Shown in pieces: positions 37,901 through 49,900 of a stretch of 64,000 bases of DNA. The DNA is from Podarcis melisellensis (lineage: Eukaryota), in NCBI GenBank assembly GCA_964234715.1, contig OZ174292.1. One strand, written 5' to 3'. Each line of letters opens with the position of its first letter. The first letter of the stretch is position 1. The position numbers and the translations under genes are program-made. Under the pieces are notes generated by a model. That model ran no database searches, was not told the origin of the DNA, and saw only the letters and a list, made by a program, of their open reading frames with translations.

Positions 37901-40900
37901 TGTGGAAGTGAAACTAAACCCTGTAGGTGTCCTCTGAGGTGAGAGGAAGAACACAAGCCCAAGGCTCACAGCAGCTCCTTCCTGTCATGTTTTAATCTTA
38001 CATGAGAACATGGCCAATCTGAAAGCCCAGTGGTGGGATTAAGCAGGTTTATCAAGGTTTGAAAAGATCCAGCCATTGTGGTCCTTGGTAAGTTATAATT
38101 TGGGAGTTTCTCCAAAGCAATGACTACTCTGTGTTGATGCATTTTTTAGAAAGGACTTGCAGCTAAGTTTGGTCATCTGACCAATCAAAAAAAGATTTGG
38201 TCAACTGACCAAATAGTGGTTAACTTTAAAAGTATTAACTTTAATTAGAACAAAAACAGAAAGATAAACATGTTTGATATTGATACTAATTACAAAAACA
38301 AAATTATCTGTTAATGAAATAATAAAGTTACTACCATATTTTTTTAAAAAAGAACTGTAGTGAATTATAACTTTCAATCACTTGAAATGTGAATTCCCTG
38401 AACTGTTCTCTAGCTTTTATCCCGAACACCAGGGTCAGTCTATGACTACATAATGAAATAAAATCCCAAATAAAGTATAGCAACAGCAACCAACTAAAAA
38501 GTTTTAAATGCAGTTGTGCTAATTAGGCAGCTAGTAAGTTCAACCATTTCCTTGATGAGGTACGTGATTGTGGTCAAATGATAACAGATAGCAAATTTAT
38601 AATGTCTGATCTGTCAATTGACTGGCATGCCAACCCTACCCATAAGCTCACAAAAGCTAATTTCTCCTAGTCACAAGCCAACAGAATAATGAGCACATTC
38701 CCCAGAGAAAAATTAACCATGCCAGGAGAGCAGGAAGATTACACATGCACAGCATTGAATGGATCTGAGAGGAGGAAATTAAATATTCCCACCCACTCTC
38801 ACTTGCAAGTGAATTTCTCTGAAAGCCAGTGGTGCTTACTTCCAAGTAAAATGTATGTAAGGCAGGAAATAGGTAAGTGAAGAATCAGCTTGCAGAAACA
38901 AGAAAGAAAAGCTAACAGTACCACTTTGACTGAAACCCACCTCTGGGTTCTGCTGTGGACCAAGTGATCTTTATAACAGCTTCACCCACCCTCTTTTCTT
39001 AGAACTGTGCTTTGTATAATACAGGGGTAGGCAACCTAAGGCCCGTGGGCCAGATGCAGCCCAATCGCCTTCTCAATCCAGCCCGCGGATGGTCCGGGAA
39101 TCAGAGTGTTTTTACATGAGCAGAATGTGTGCTTTTATTTAAAATGCATCTCTGGGTTATTTGTGGGGCATAGGAATTTGTTCATTGCTTAAAAAGGTTG
39201 ATGACCCCTGGTGTAATATATCACTTCAATCACATCTCAGGGCTATAAATCCAGCAGAGCCAACTCTACCATTCACTGGCTGTGTTATGTTCACTGCCTA
39301 GATTATCTAGAAACTCTGTTCATTGTATAGCACTGTAAACCTACTAAATAAACAAATGCAAACCATGAATCTAAGGCGTTATTCGTGAATCTGTGGCCTG
39401 CTTCAATACCAAACAGGTATTAAATGTCAGCAACCTTGTATTGAAGGGTCAATATCACAATAATGCTAAACAGTAAAATGACCATGGTCTTATCCTGTCT
39501 TGATTCAAAACCATGAGGCAGGCATGAACAGCGAGACAAGTCAACATACACTGAAACAAATGCACCATTTCTCAAAAAGTCTCTACCAAAAATGCTCAAA
39601 GGAATCAAACTTTACTCTTATGAAGGGCTTTTTGCTTTTTTGCAACAGTACACTTCTCTAAATGAACTCAACAGTAGCCTCAAATTCTGCTTTTCCCTCA
39701 ATGTAGTGATCATAGCACACAGGAAAATGCATGCTTTGCGAACACACGAAGAGCTATGCAAATGCATTTTCTGCTGTGTACAATGTACTTGCCAGTCAAC
39801 ATGGGTAACAGATGCCCAAGTACATTTTCTGCTATATGCAGCAACCTTGACAGTTATGTGAAGCACGTTGACCAGGATCCAGAGAGTTGCTTAGGCTTAC
39901 TCAGAGCCTCTGCTAATCCAGTGGGATGTAACTTTTGTATAGCTTACCCGTCCCAACACACCCCGTGCTGGCACCAGCTGCTCTGAAACTCTCCGTTTCA
40001 AAACTAATTGCCATGTGGCATGTTGGATTGCCACTGAAGAAAAACAAGACCTCACTGGATTCATGGAATTAACTTCATGGGTTCTCTGAACCATCACCAT
40101 GCTCTTCCTAAACATGAAGGACAGCCCAGTTGTTTTGCCAAGCCCCCCATCCACCCTGCCCTCAAATACAGGTTGTTTTCAAGCAGCTTTAAAAACTGAT
40201 CAGAAAGCAAGTGCAGGCTAGACTTTGCAGCAAGCCACCATTCACAGGATTGCTGTATGTTATTTTTAGCCTCAGCTACTCACTGCTGGCTGGATTCTGC
40301 CTCACTCTGCTGCGTGGCATTGAAACTCTGCATAGCTTGCACCTCTTCTTCTTCTTCATCCTCACTGGAGGCCTCCTCTGCTGCATGAGTTGAGCGAGGG
40401 GGCGGAGCAGTGGCTGTTCCATCAGCCTTTTGAATGGAGGGCTTCTGGCAGATGTATTTAGGGTCTCGGCCCAGATTGCAGATTTCTTCTAGTAACTGCA
40501 GAACAGTGAACAAACATGTTGGCATGGAACAAGTTCTGGTTAGGACTTCCAGAATACCAGTCTGGGATGTTATTCTCCAAATAAGACTGCATTCAGGAAA
40601 AAAAACAGTGTAAAAGAGACAACTTCCAGGTGCACAACTTGGGAGGTTGGCAAGATAGAGACACAAACAGCATAGGAACCATTTTGTTCTACTTCCTACC
40701 TTAATTATGGCTGTAGTAGCATCTGTCTTGAGTGTGGGCTGGTGCCTCATGAGCTCATCCACAGCACTTCCAAGATTGGAAGCAGTGTCCCCTAGAATGA
40801 ACACCGGGAAAGGGGAGTAAATTAGATTTAAGCTATATAGGACTGTGGTACTTGGCATAAACCAGCCCAGTCAAGTAAGTAACAATTTATTTTTGTCCTC

Positions 40901-43900
40901 TTAATCTACATAACTCAATATTCTAATGAAACTTTAAAAAAAAAGGTTCAGTGTTGCATGAAAGGGAAACAAGGTATAAGGAAAAATAACAGAAGGCCAG
41001 ATGGGAGTAACAGCTAATTTCTAGGTATAACTCTCTTGCAGACACTGTGTGAGTTTTCCACCTATTAATCTCCAAATCCATAAGCCTGGAACTTGCTTTC
41101 ATAAAAAGTTAGCATGATATTTTCAAGAATACCAACTTCTACATGTGGTGTTTAATCTTCAGGCACGAATGTCTTTATTATAAACTGGGTGAGCATAGAT
41201 AGGAGATGGTAAGTGAGAATAAGATATTGTTTATTCTCTAAGATCCCCTGATATGTTTCTGGGTTGCCTCTTGTGTTTGGAGCAAAGAGGAGACATACTG
41301 TGGTCTCTCCTTCTTGCAAGTTGGGTCTACAAAGGTGGCAGGTGGAGTTACTGTTCCATCCATTCACATGCAGAATGCCACAAGGTTCAATCTACACAAA
41401 ACTGTCTGGAGATTTTGGCTGAAGATTTTGGGCACTCAATGCTATCTCTCCTTTACATCTGCTTTCAATGAGTTAACTAAGGTTCTGAACTGGTGTCTAA
41501 GGTCTGTGATGAACTGGATGTGGGTAAACAAGCTGCCCAAACAAGATGGAAGCACCGTTGGCTGGGTATGCTACTAATTCAAGATTGAGTGCGGTTGCAT
41601 TTCTTTTTAAGAATCTGGTATGGGTCCCCACAGGTCAAAAGAATCTATTTTTCTACGCAACCACAGCAGCCCAAGTAGCATATGTTCCTTCTGTTCACTT
41701 TCTGTTTATACATGCTCAGCCTCTTCTACACAGAACACATTCCTTAAAAATGCCCATATTTCACTGGATGCCAGCATTGGACACCCATCCTTCCCTCCAT
41801 TCTGAACACTGCCACACACAAGAACAAGGATATGGTTGGCGATCGTCACTTGAAATTTTATAAATCATTTAATGTGTCAACACAATTAGAGTTATTAATA
41901 CTACAGATGTTGTATAAGGGATTATTATTATAACCAGAATGCAATTGACACTAGTAAGATTTTGGAATGCAGAAATAAAGAAAATTATCAAATCATCAAA
42001 TCAAGCATGTAGGGGGCTACTTTAACTAAATTATATACTTCAGTACTTGAATGATTGGTATTAATAATTGTATTATAAATTGGTATTGCTATAATGAGGC
42101 TATTATTGGACTGTAATTGAAAACTAATAAAATTTTATTCCTAATAATAATAATAATGATGATGATGATGATTGGCAACTCTTGCTGTAACTGATAAAAG
42201 TATGCCAAATAAGTTAAATTTCTAAGGCACCATCAATGATGGAACGAAACCTTTCAGATTCATAGCCAGCTCATTTTGTTTACTGCTAGTACAATTTCTG
42301 GTTGTGATTACAAGATCACCCACTGCGAAGACAAAGATGCCAGGTGGAAAGCTGCACATTCACGTGTTAAAACACCACAAGCAGCACCACATTGGGTGCT
42401 GTATTAGGTCATCAGGAAAGTAGGATTCTGAGGCAAAAAAACTGCACTTCCATTCAACTTAATCATTAGAAATGGTAAAAAATAGAAGCTTGTTTTCAAA
42501 AGGGAAATGGGGAATTCCTCATCATGGGTTGTTAACAGTCCACTTTATAAGAATTTCACCTAGGAACAGAGCCTATATATGAGCCATAAAACACTAGGAT
42601 TACTTTGTTAATTAGACTGGATAATAGTCAAATTCAAAATGATTTCCAAAAGTTAAAGGGTGGGTGGGGAACCCCTCCAGTTGTCTCCAGGGAGCAGGAT
42701 AAAACAATCTTTTCCCTCTTCCATGTGACAGCCCTTAATATATTTGAAGATGGCTATCTAATGTCTGGACCACAGGATGGTGACAAGTAGGGGGAAATGC
42801 CCAACACACATGGACCCCAGAAGATACTCACCAAGTGGGTCTGAACTGCGACGCCTCCTCATTGCTGGGAGGTAGTCTGGTGAGAGCAACACTTTGAAGA
42901 GGCGTTCAAAAGGCTGACACTGAACGAAGGATTGGAGGCCCCGGGCATTCAGGCACAGGGCACTGAAGACATTAGGAAGGGAGCCCAGAACTTCCCGTGT
43001 GGCTGGGACCTGTCAGGAGAGATGTGCACCGCAATGCCAAAAGGGTCACAAAGTTGCACTTGAGCTATAAAAGTAACATTTCTTTATAAACGTTTATTTG
43101 ATGCAAATGAGGCCTAACAACCTAACATAAGAATGGTTAGACTTCAAGCTTGTCAGATCTTCTTTGCCTTTTTAATTCTAGCTACATGTCCTTTGCACCT
43201 TGCTACTCCATGGAAGATCTTGAAATTCTGAAAAGAAGTTTGCCTCCAAGCACATTCTGAGCCTAGGAATTTCCCCCCAGTGCCTGATTTACATGAAAAA
43301 AAGCATTTGTTGTTGTTATTCTTAATGAACTGGGAGTCAGAACCTTTTTCCAATCTGCTTCCTATCACACAAATCTGCCACCAGATCCTGATCAACCTTC
43401 TGCTCACCTTTGGCCTAACGTTACAAAATGCAGTGAGATATGGCATAAAAGCAATGTGGGAAAAGAGGAATTTTTATGTGGAATGGGGAACCCATTCTTA
43501 TGTATAGGAGCCAGAGAACTCTCTTAACTGAGTTGAATGACTTGAGAGAAAAATAGTAGCTTCAAGGGACTACGTTGAGAGAAAACAATATAAACAGGAA
43601 AGCAGAGATTCAAAGGTGGAAATTGGAAAGAAATGGTAGAGTGAACTTACTGAGCAGGAGTGGAAATAAAGTGGAAAGACAAAATGGAAGTAAATCCACG
43701 TATTTCCACATTAATCCTCCATTAATGTGGAGCTGAGGAGATATGTCGAAAAAGTAGCACAAGTGCAATTCCAACTGTGCCATGAACCCCTAAATGGGCC
43801 AGCACAGTACACGTAACATGAACTATATGAAATGCTTTTATCAAGTATATTCATTTACAAAATGAATTAGATTGCAGTGCCAGAAATTAGCAACTGCTGG

Positions 43901-46900
43901 AATGCAAAATAAAGATAAAGGTACCCCTGCCTGTACGGGCCAGTCGTGTCCAACTCTAGGGTTGTGCGCCCATCTCACTTAAAAGGCCGGGGGCCAGCGC
44001 TGTCCGAAGACACTTCCGGGTCACGTGGCCAGCGTGGTGAAGCTGCTCTGGCGAGCCAGCACCAGCGCAGCACACGGAAACGCCGTTTACCTTCCCGCTA
44101 TAAAGCGGCACCAATTTATCTACTTGCACTTAAGGGTGCTTTCGAACTGCTTGGTGGTCAGGAGCTGGGACCGAAAGACGGGAGCTCACCCCGCCACGGG
44201 GATTCAAACCGCCGACCATACGATCGGCAAGCCCTAGGCACTGAGGTTTTACCCACAGCGCCACCCGCGTCCCTTTGGAATGCAAAATGGGAAGTGTAAA
44301 AATTACTAAGACTCTTTCAGCTCCCAGATTTAAAAAACAACAACAACGTGAGGCTTTTATAGGAACACAGGTAGCAAAAATAATAAAACTCACATCTTTT
44401 ATAAGGAGAGCATGCAGCATGACATCTGTTAGGCCATTGTCCTGTAGTGAGGATAGCAGCGAAGGCTCTTGGAATACAAAGACCGTTACCACCTCAGTGG
44501 CTGTCAGGAGAGAAGAGAGAATGAGGTGAGTCACTGACCAGTACAGGTCTTCCTAGGCAGGACAACTTCGCAGCTAGGCTGAGAGATGACACCTCCCATT
44601 ACAATGGCCCATACCCAGAGTATGCTGTCACTCCAAAATCAAGAGGGATGTGGTCCAGGGAAACCAGCTAAGAAACGTATTATTTATTATGAATGAAAGA
44701 CACTTACCAAGCAAGAAGAGTGATGGCCCATAGTATTCTGCATTGCTGATGATGTGCTTCAGAGAGGTAGGCAGAGAGCCATCCATCACTGCAAGGAGGA
44801 GACATAATGAATAAGGCACGGATAATGCGGTAATTACATAAAGCACTTTCAGTAAAGTTTCCACTAAAAATGCTGCACCAATAAGTTTTACTTTATCACC
44901 TTTATAATATGCAAAAATGTACAAAATATTCTGTCACTGTGTACAATTTATTCTGGTTTTACTAGTAATGGTAAAGGACAAGGAGCTTCATAGGGCAATT
45001 AAATCCCTACCCCCAAACCACCAGAAATATTATTCAGCAACTCATTTGGCTTCCAAGGATGTCAGTAACTATTCTCTGCACGGTTCCAATCATATCTTTA
45101 CAATAATGGGCTAGCAAATTTCTCTGGGTTTAAACAATGAAACTGGGATTCTAAGGAAGTCACATTCCACCCCCAGTTCCACATTTTGTGGTTTGCTTTG
45201 CACAAGATTAGACACTGGTGACTATTGCTGGGAAGTTCATTCCCCAGAACAAGAGCAACTTCCAAAAAGAGGTCTAGTGTGACATTTCACACTTTTACAT
45301 CTGTGTAGGAGGGAAATACAAAAGTCACCAAAGAAAGCTAATGAATTCTCAGATTTCCGTTCAAACATAACATTCACCATCTGAGATGTAAAATTTAACC
45401 AAAAAAAATTACAAAAAAAGAAAAGAAAGCTAATGAATTCATAGAGATCTGTTGCCCAAGTAGAACCAAATTGGAGGAGGATGGAAGCATCCCAGGAGAC
45501 TCCTGCCTTTAGTTATGTAGCCACCAGCATTTACAGGCTACTATACACCACAAAGAGACAAGCATCTTGTCATTATGACAAGATGGTCAAGGGAAAGCTG
45601 GTTCAAGAACTGTTGGCTCAGCCCAAATGCTAAGGCAGTCTCTCACCATGTCGTATGCCATCTGAAAAAGCTGGGTCCTGGATGGCCTTTTTCAAGAAGT
45701 TCAACATGGACTTGAGAAGTGCTGCTCGCTGAGGGATACACTGAACTCCTAGAATAAAGAAGGAATCCAGAAAATGAAATCAATCAATGGAAAACACTCC
45801 AGTGGTACAACAAAAGCTCTTTGATACAAGTCAATACATACCACTTCGGGGTGAGACTACCATGTTTGTGCTGCTGCTGCTACTGCTACTGCTAGGAGTG
45901 ATGGCACTTGGGGCCCTTGTTTCAACCACAACTTCTTGTCGATGTTCTCCAGAGGTGGAAGGCCCAGGGCTGCTTTCCATGGCTACGTCAGAAACTAGAG
46001 AAATGGAAAGATATTTTACAGGAAATAATTGGACTCAATTGTGCGTGGGCGCGGGGGAGGGAGAGATATACTCAGCGTAAGACAAATTAGCAGAGGCCCT
46101 TCACAAGTTCCACCCTATGTCTGCAAAGCTATAGCTGTGGGAATACCCTATCTTTCATTTAGAAGCTGTATCTTCTCTTTGCCGACACAAGATGACAGTA
46201 GGCATGACTTCTTTATCATCGTTTTCCAAAACTCAACAACCTAACCTGCCCTAGAACAACAGACTAATATTACTTCTCCCTATCTATTCTCTCTACACCA
46301 TGCATAATTCTATCTTGCCTCACCCTACCTCACCCATTTTCTAAAGTAAAAATCCCAGAGGATCCCCGAACACTCAAAAAGTGCTGAACCAACTCTGCCA
46401 AACCACACACCCGAACAAAACTGGATGTCAAATCTGCCATCTATGGAGAATGCATGAAGTTTACCTTTCATCTCACAATTCTACTTAATTCATTTTATTT
46501 CAAAATCCAGTTCTTGAAAGGTAGCAGAAGCATCCCAACTGTATCTAACATGTAACATTTTAGCTATAGCTCTATAAAACATAGGATTATTAAATCTCTT
46601 TAAAACGTAATAAAAGCTAACAGAAATACATCAAGTTGCAATTAAAATAAAATCCAATACTATCCACCGATACCGTTTCTGTAGATTTTCCTCTCTACGT
46701 TTATTGGTTCAGTAAGCTATAAACATTTCTGTAAAAGTGACCAATAGCTCTTATGAGATACCTTCTATGTCTGTCTCCATCTCTTCACCCTCCTGTGTAG
46801 TGGTAGCAGCAGGTCTCTGGATCTTTGGCTTTATTACAAAGGGACATTCCCTCCGACACAGGTCTGCCTCATGCTAAAACACAAAGGAAGCTATATGTAA

Positions 46901-49900
46901 AAAGAGCTTTAAAACAACTTGAGTAGAGTTAACTGACTCACTGGTATCAATGATTGTGAACTCTGCAATAAAAATGAACAATGGCTGTGAAGTCAGGCCT
47001 ACATGAAGAGTATGCAATGAATAGCAGTTGACACAAGAATAAAGCACAGCTACCTCTAGTCTATAGATGAAGATAGAGAGGCCGCTGTGAGACTGGAAAG
47101 CTGCCATGTCTAGGTTTGTGATTAAGTCCACCACACGGACTGCTCTGGTCACAAAGGTGATCTGGTCCTGTTCATCTCCTAAGAACTTGATCACCTGGGA
47201 AGAAAAATGTAAAAGCAGGTAAGAATGTGTGAATGCAGGAGCCACAAAAATGATAAGCCCATGGGTACAACAACCCACCATTTTCAACTGACACTGGGGA
47301 GAATCCAGAATTTCAAAAGAAAACACCTAAGAAGTTTGTTGCATGAGATAAATGGTTCATCTAGTCCAGCATTCAAGCAGGACCTAGGCACAATATAATA
47401 TAACTCTTCCCCTCTCAAATTCCCTAGCAACTGGTATTCAGAGGCACGCTGCCTCCATATTGGAGGTTAACATATGGCCATCTTTGCTAGTAACCACAGG
47501 GGTGCCATATGTCTGGAATTTCCCAGACAAAGCCGGGATTCATCCGTTGAAAAGGGAGTCCAGGCGCAATTGTCAAAAGTTGGTTAAAATGTCCATGAAA
47601 ACCCAGGTGTATGGCAGCCCATATCAGAAGTGTTCGGGGGGGGGCTGGGGGGGAGGGAAGCTCAACAACTTTTGTGTCCAGATTTTCACTTCTTGAAATA
47701 CGGTAATCCTAAGTAACCATTAACAGCCTTTTCAACTACGAACGGGATCAATCCCCTTTTAAAATTATTCAAGTGGGCTGTGATCATGGTTGCGATCAAT
47801 GCATCTTCTGAGGGTGAATTCTACAGTTTAACTATGCACTGTAAGAAGTACCTGTTTTGCCTATCCTCAGTCTCCCATTATTCAGATTCGTTCAGTGACC
47901 TTGGATTACTGACTTATCCACTTTCTCTACACCAGTCCAACTCCCAAGAGACTGCAATCTACTCTCAGAATAAAAAACTGTCAGTGATCTACCCATGGGG
48001 GGGGGGAGATCAAATTTGCTTAGTTTTTTAAGGGGGCCAGTCCAAATTTGTTTAGCTTTTTTGGGGGTGCAGTACTTCTGCTGCTTTTGGGGGGGGGCAC
48101 ACCATAAATCGCTTTAAAAACATTAAGCACTACACCGCTCTCCCCATAGGCTGAGCACCAGGAACATTCTACAGCCGCCCGATTGCATAAGTAGACAGGC
48201 ACAGCCAGGGATCCGCGATCCTGTCAGAGTTAACCTGTTGCAGCCCGCTGGCTGGAGCTTCCAAAACACCCATGCAGCAGGGCGGCGGAGGCATCTGAGC
48301 AACAACTGACTCTCGCCAAGTCAGGACAGCACGCGCAGGGATGCTATCCCCCCCCCCACACACACACGGAGGAAAATGAGCACGTGATCTACCGCTATCA
48401 CTCTGGGATTGACCTGTAGGACATCCCTGCTCTACACCATACTTAATTTTATATCTTTCAATCAATAATGTTCCCCCTTGCCCCCTCAAAGACCCCAAGG
48501 CTTTAACTTTTCCTCAAAGGGGTGTGTGTGTGTCTCTCCAGTGCCCACTGATCATTTTGACTGCCCTTTTCTAGTTCTATAAGGCCCTTCTTGAGGTCTG
48601 AGGACCAGAACACAACAACTAAAGTCACAACAGCAAAGTTAGGCTACGGTTAAATGCTCTGGAATGCCACCAAGCAGTTTGATTTCTCAAAGGGCAGCTA
48701 CTATGCCTAATCTCGAATGCTATTAAATCAGAGCTTGGCTTGACAGAACAGGCATTTCAGTTGAGACAAACCAGATACACATATGCATGCATGCTTTAGG
48801 CGCCAATACTTATGAGCCAATCTTTTCTACTCTTAAGATAGTTTCTCGGCCTCAGAAACTGGGCTTCCCTATGGCTGGCATTCAAGATTTACCAGTTTTA
48901 ATTCAATAGAAACAAATTGGCAAACATCTGTAGTCTAACGGGAACAGCAGCAGCAAGATGTGGAGGCGAGGGACAGAGAAGGGTATCTGTACACACAACA
49001 GTGCTCCAGTTTTCTGGACAACAGTTAAAAGAACTGCATGTCCAATTTTTGTCTGACCAGAGTCCAGCAAACAGTTTTCTAATGTTTTGGAACTGGCTGC
49101 CTTACTCATTCTCCTGAGTATACATTACCTTCAATAAGGCCTCCATCATGCCACAGGAGACTAGAGCTTCACCTCCTGCATCATAGCTTGCCAGGTGATA
49201 CAAGAAGGAGAAGAGTGCTGTGGCAAACTGATGTGGATATGGCTCCATGGAGGGATCTGGGAAGAGGGAAGGAAGCACCATTAGAATACAACAAGCAGAA
49301 TACAACCAAAGTACATGTGAGATCTAGAAATACTTGCCGATCATGGCCTGTATACAGTTCCGGACTAGGACTGGCAAAAATCCGTGGTAGGAGGCAGTTC
49401 CAGTGCAATCAATAATACTACTGAGTTTTGGAGTCCTCTCCAAGTGCACAATGGAAGTTAACGTCCTCAGTGAGGCGGCTTTGATGTCCTGTCAAAGAGA
49501 AATGGGGAGATTAGGGATTTAGCTCCGAGGAGAATCGTGTGCTATATAATAATTTATAAATATCCACATATTCAGTCAGTATCAAAGGAAGCTGAATAGG
49601 CTAGTGACAAGCTCCAGGCAAAATGGCAGAAAAAAACTCTAGAATCTTTACAGTCCAACCCAATGCCAATACCTTGGGAAGGAACTAAGGTGAGTAGCAT
49701 TGAGCTAGCTTTCCTTACCAACAAGTCTGGGCAGGAGAAGCAGGTCGATAGATGACGTACCATTAACTGTTTATCTGTTATCTGCAGTACATCCACTAGC
49801 TCCTCTATCAACCCATTGTATAGAATGCTGTTGGCGGATTCCTGCAAGGCATTTGAATACACTGTGGAAAGAGAGAGGCTTTGTTAAGAATTTGCAGCAG

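Noticed and set aside
38552-38609. C/D-box-like pair TGATGA...CTGA
   Set aside because: On the strand opposite the host transcript, no terminal stem, no recognisable guide
39948-39982. Possible 35-nt cryptic exon with a strong CGG|GTAAGC donor
   Set aside because: Purine-rich, weak acceptor and no other support
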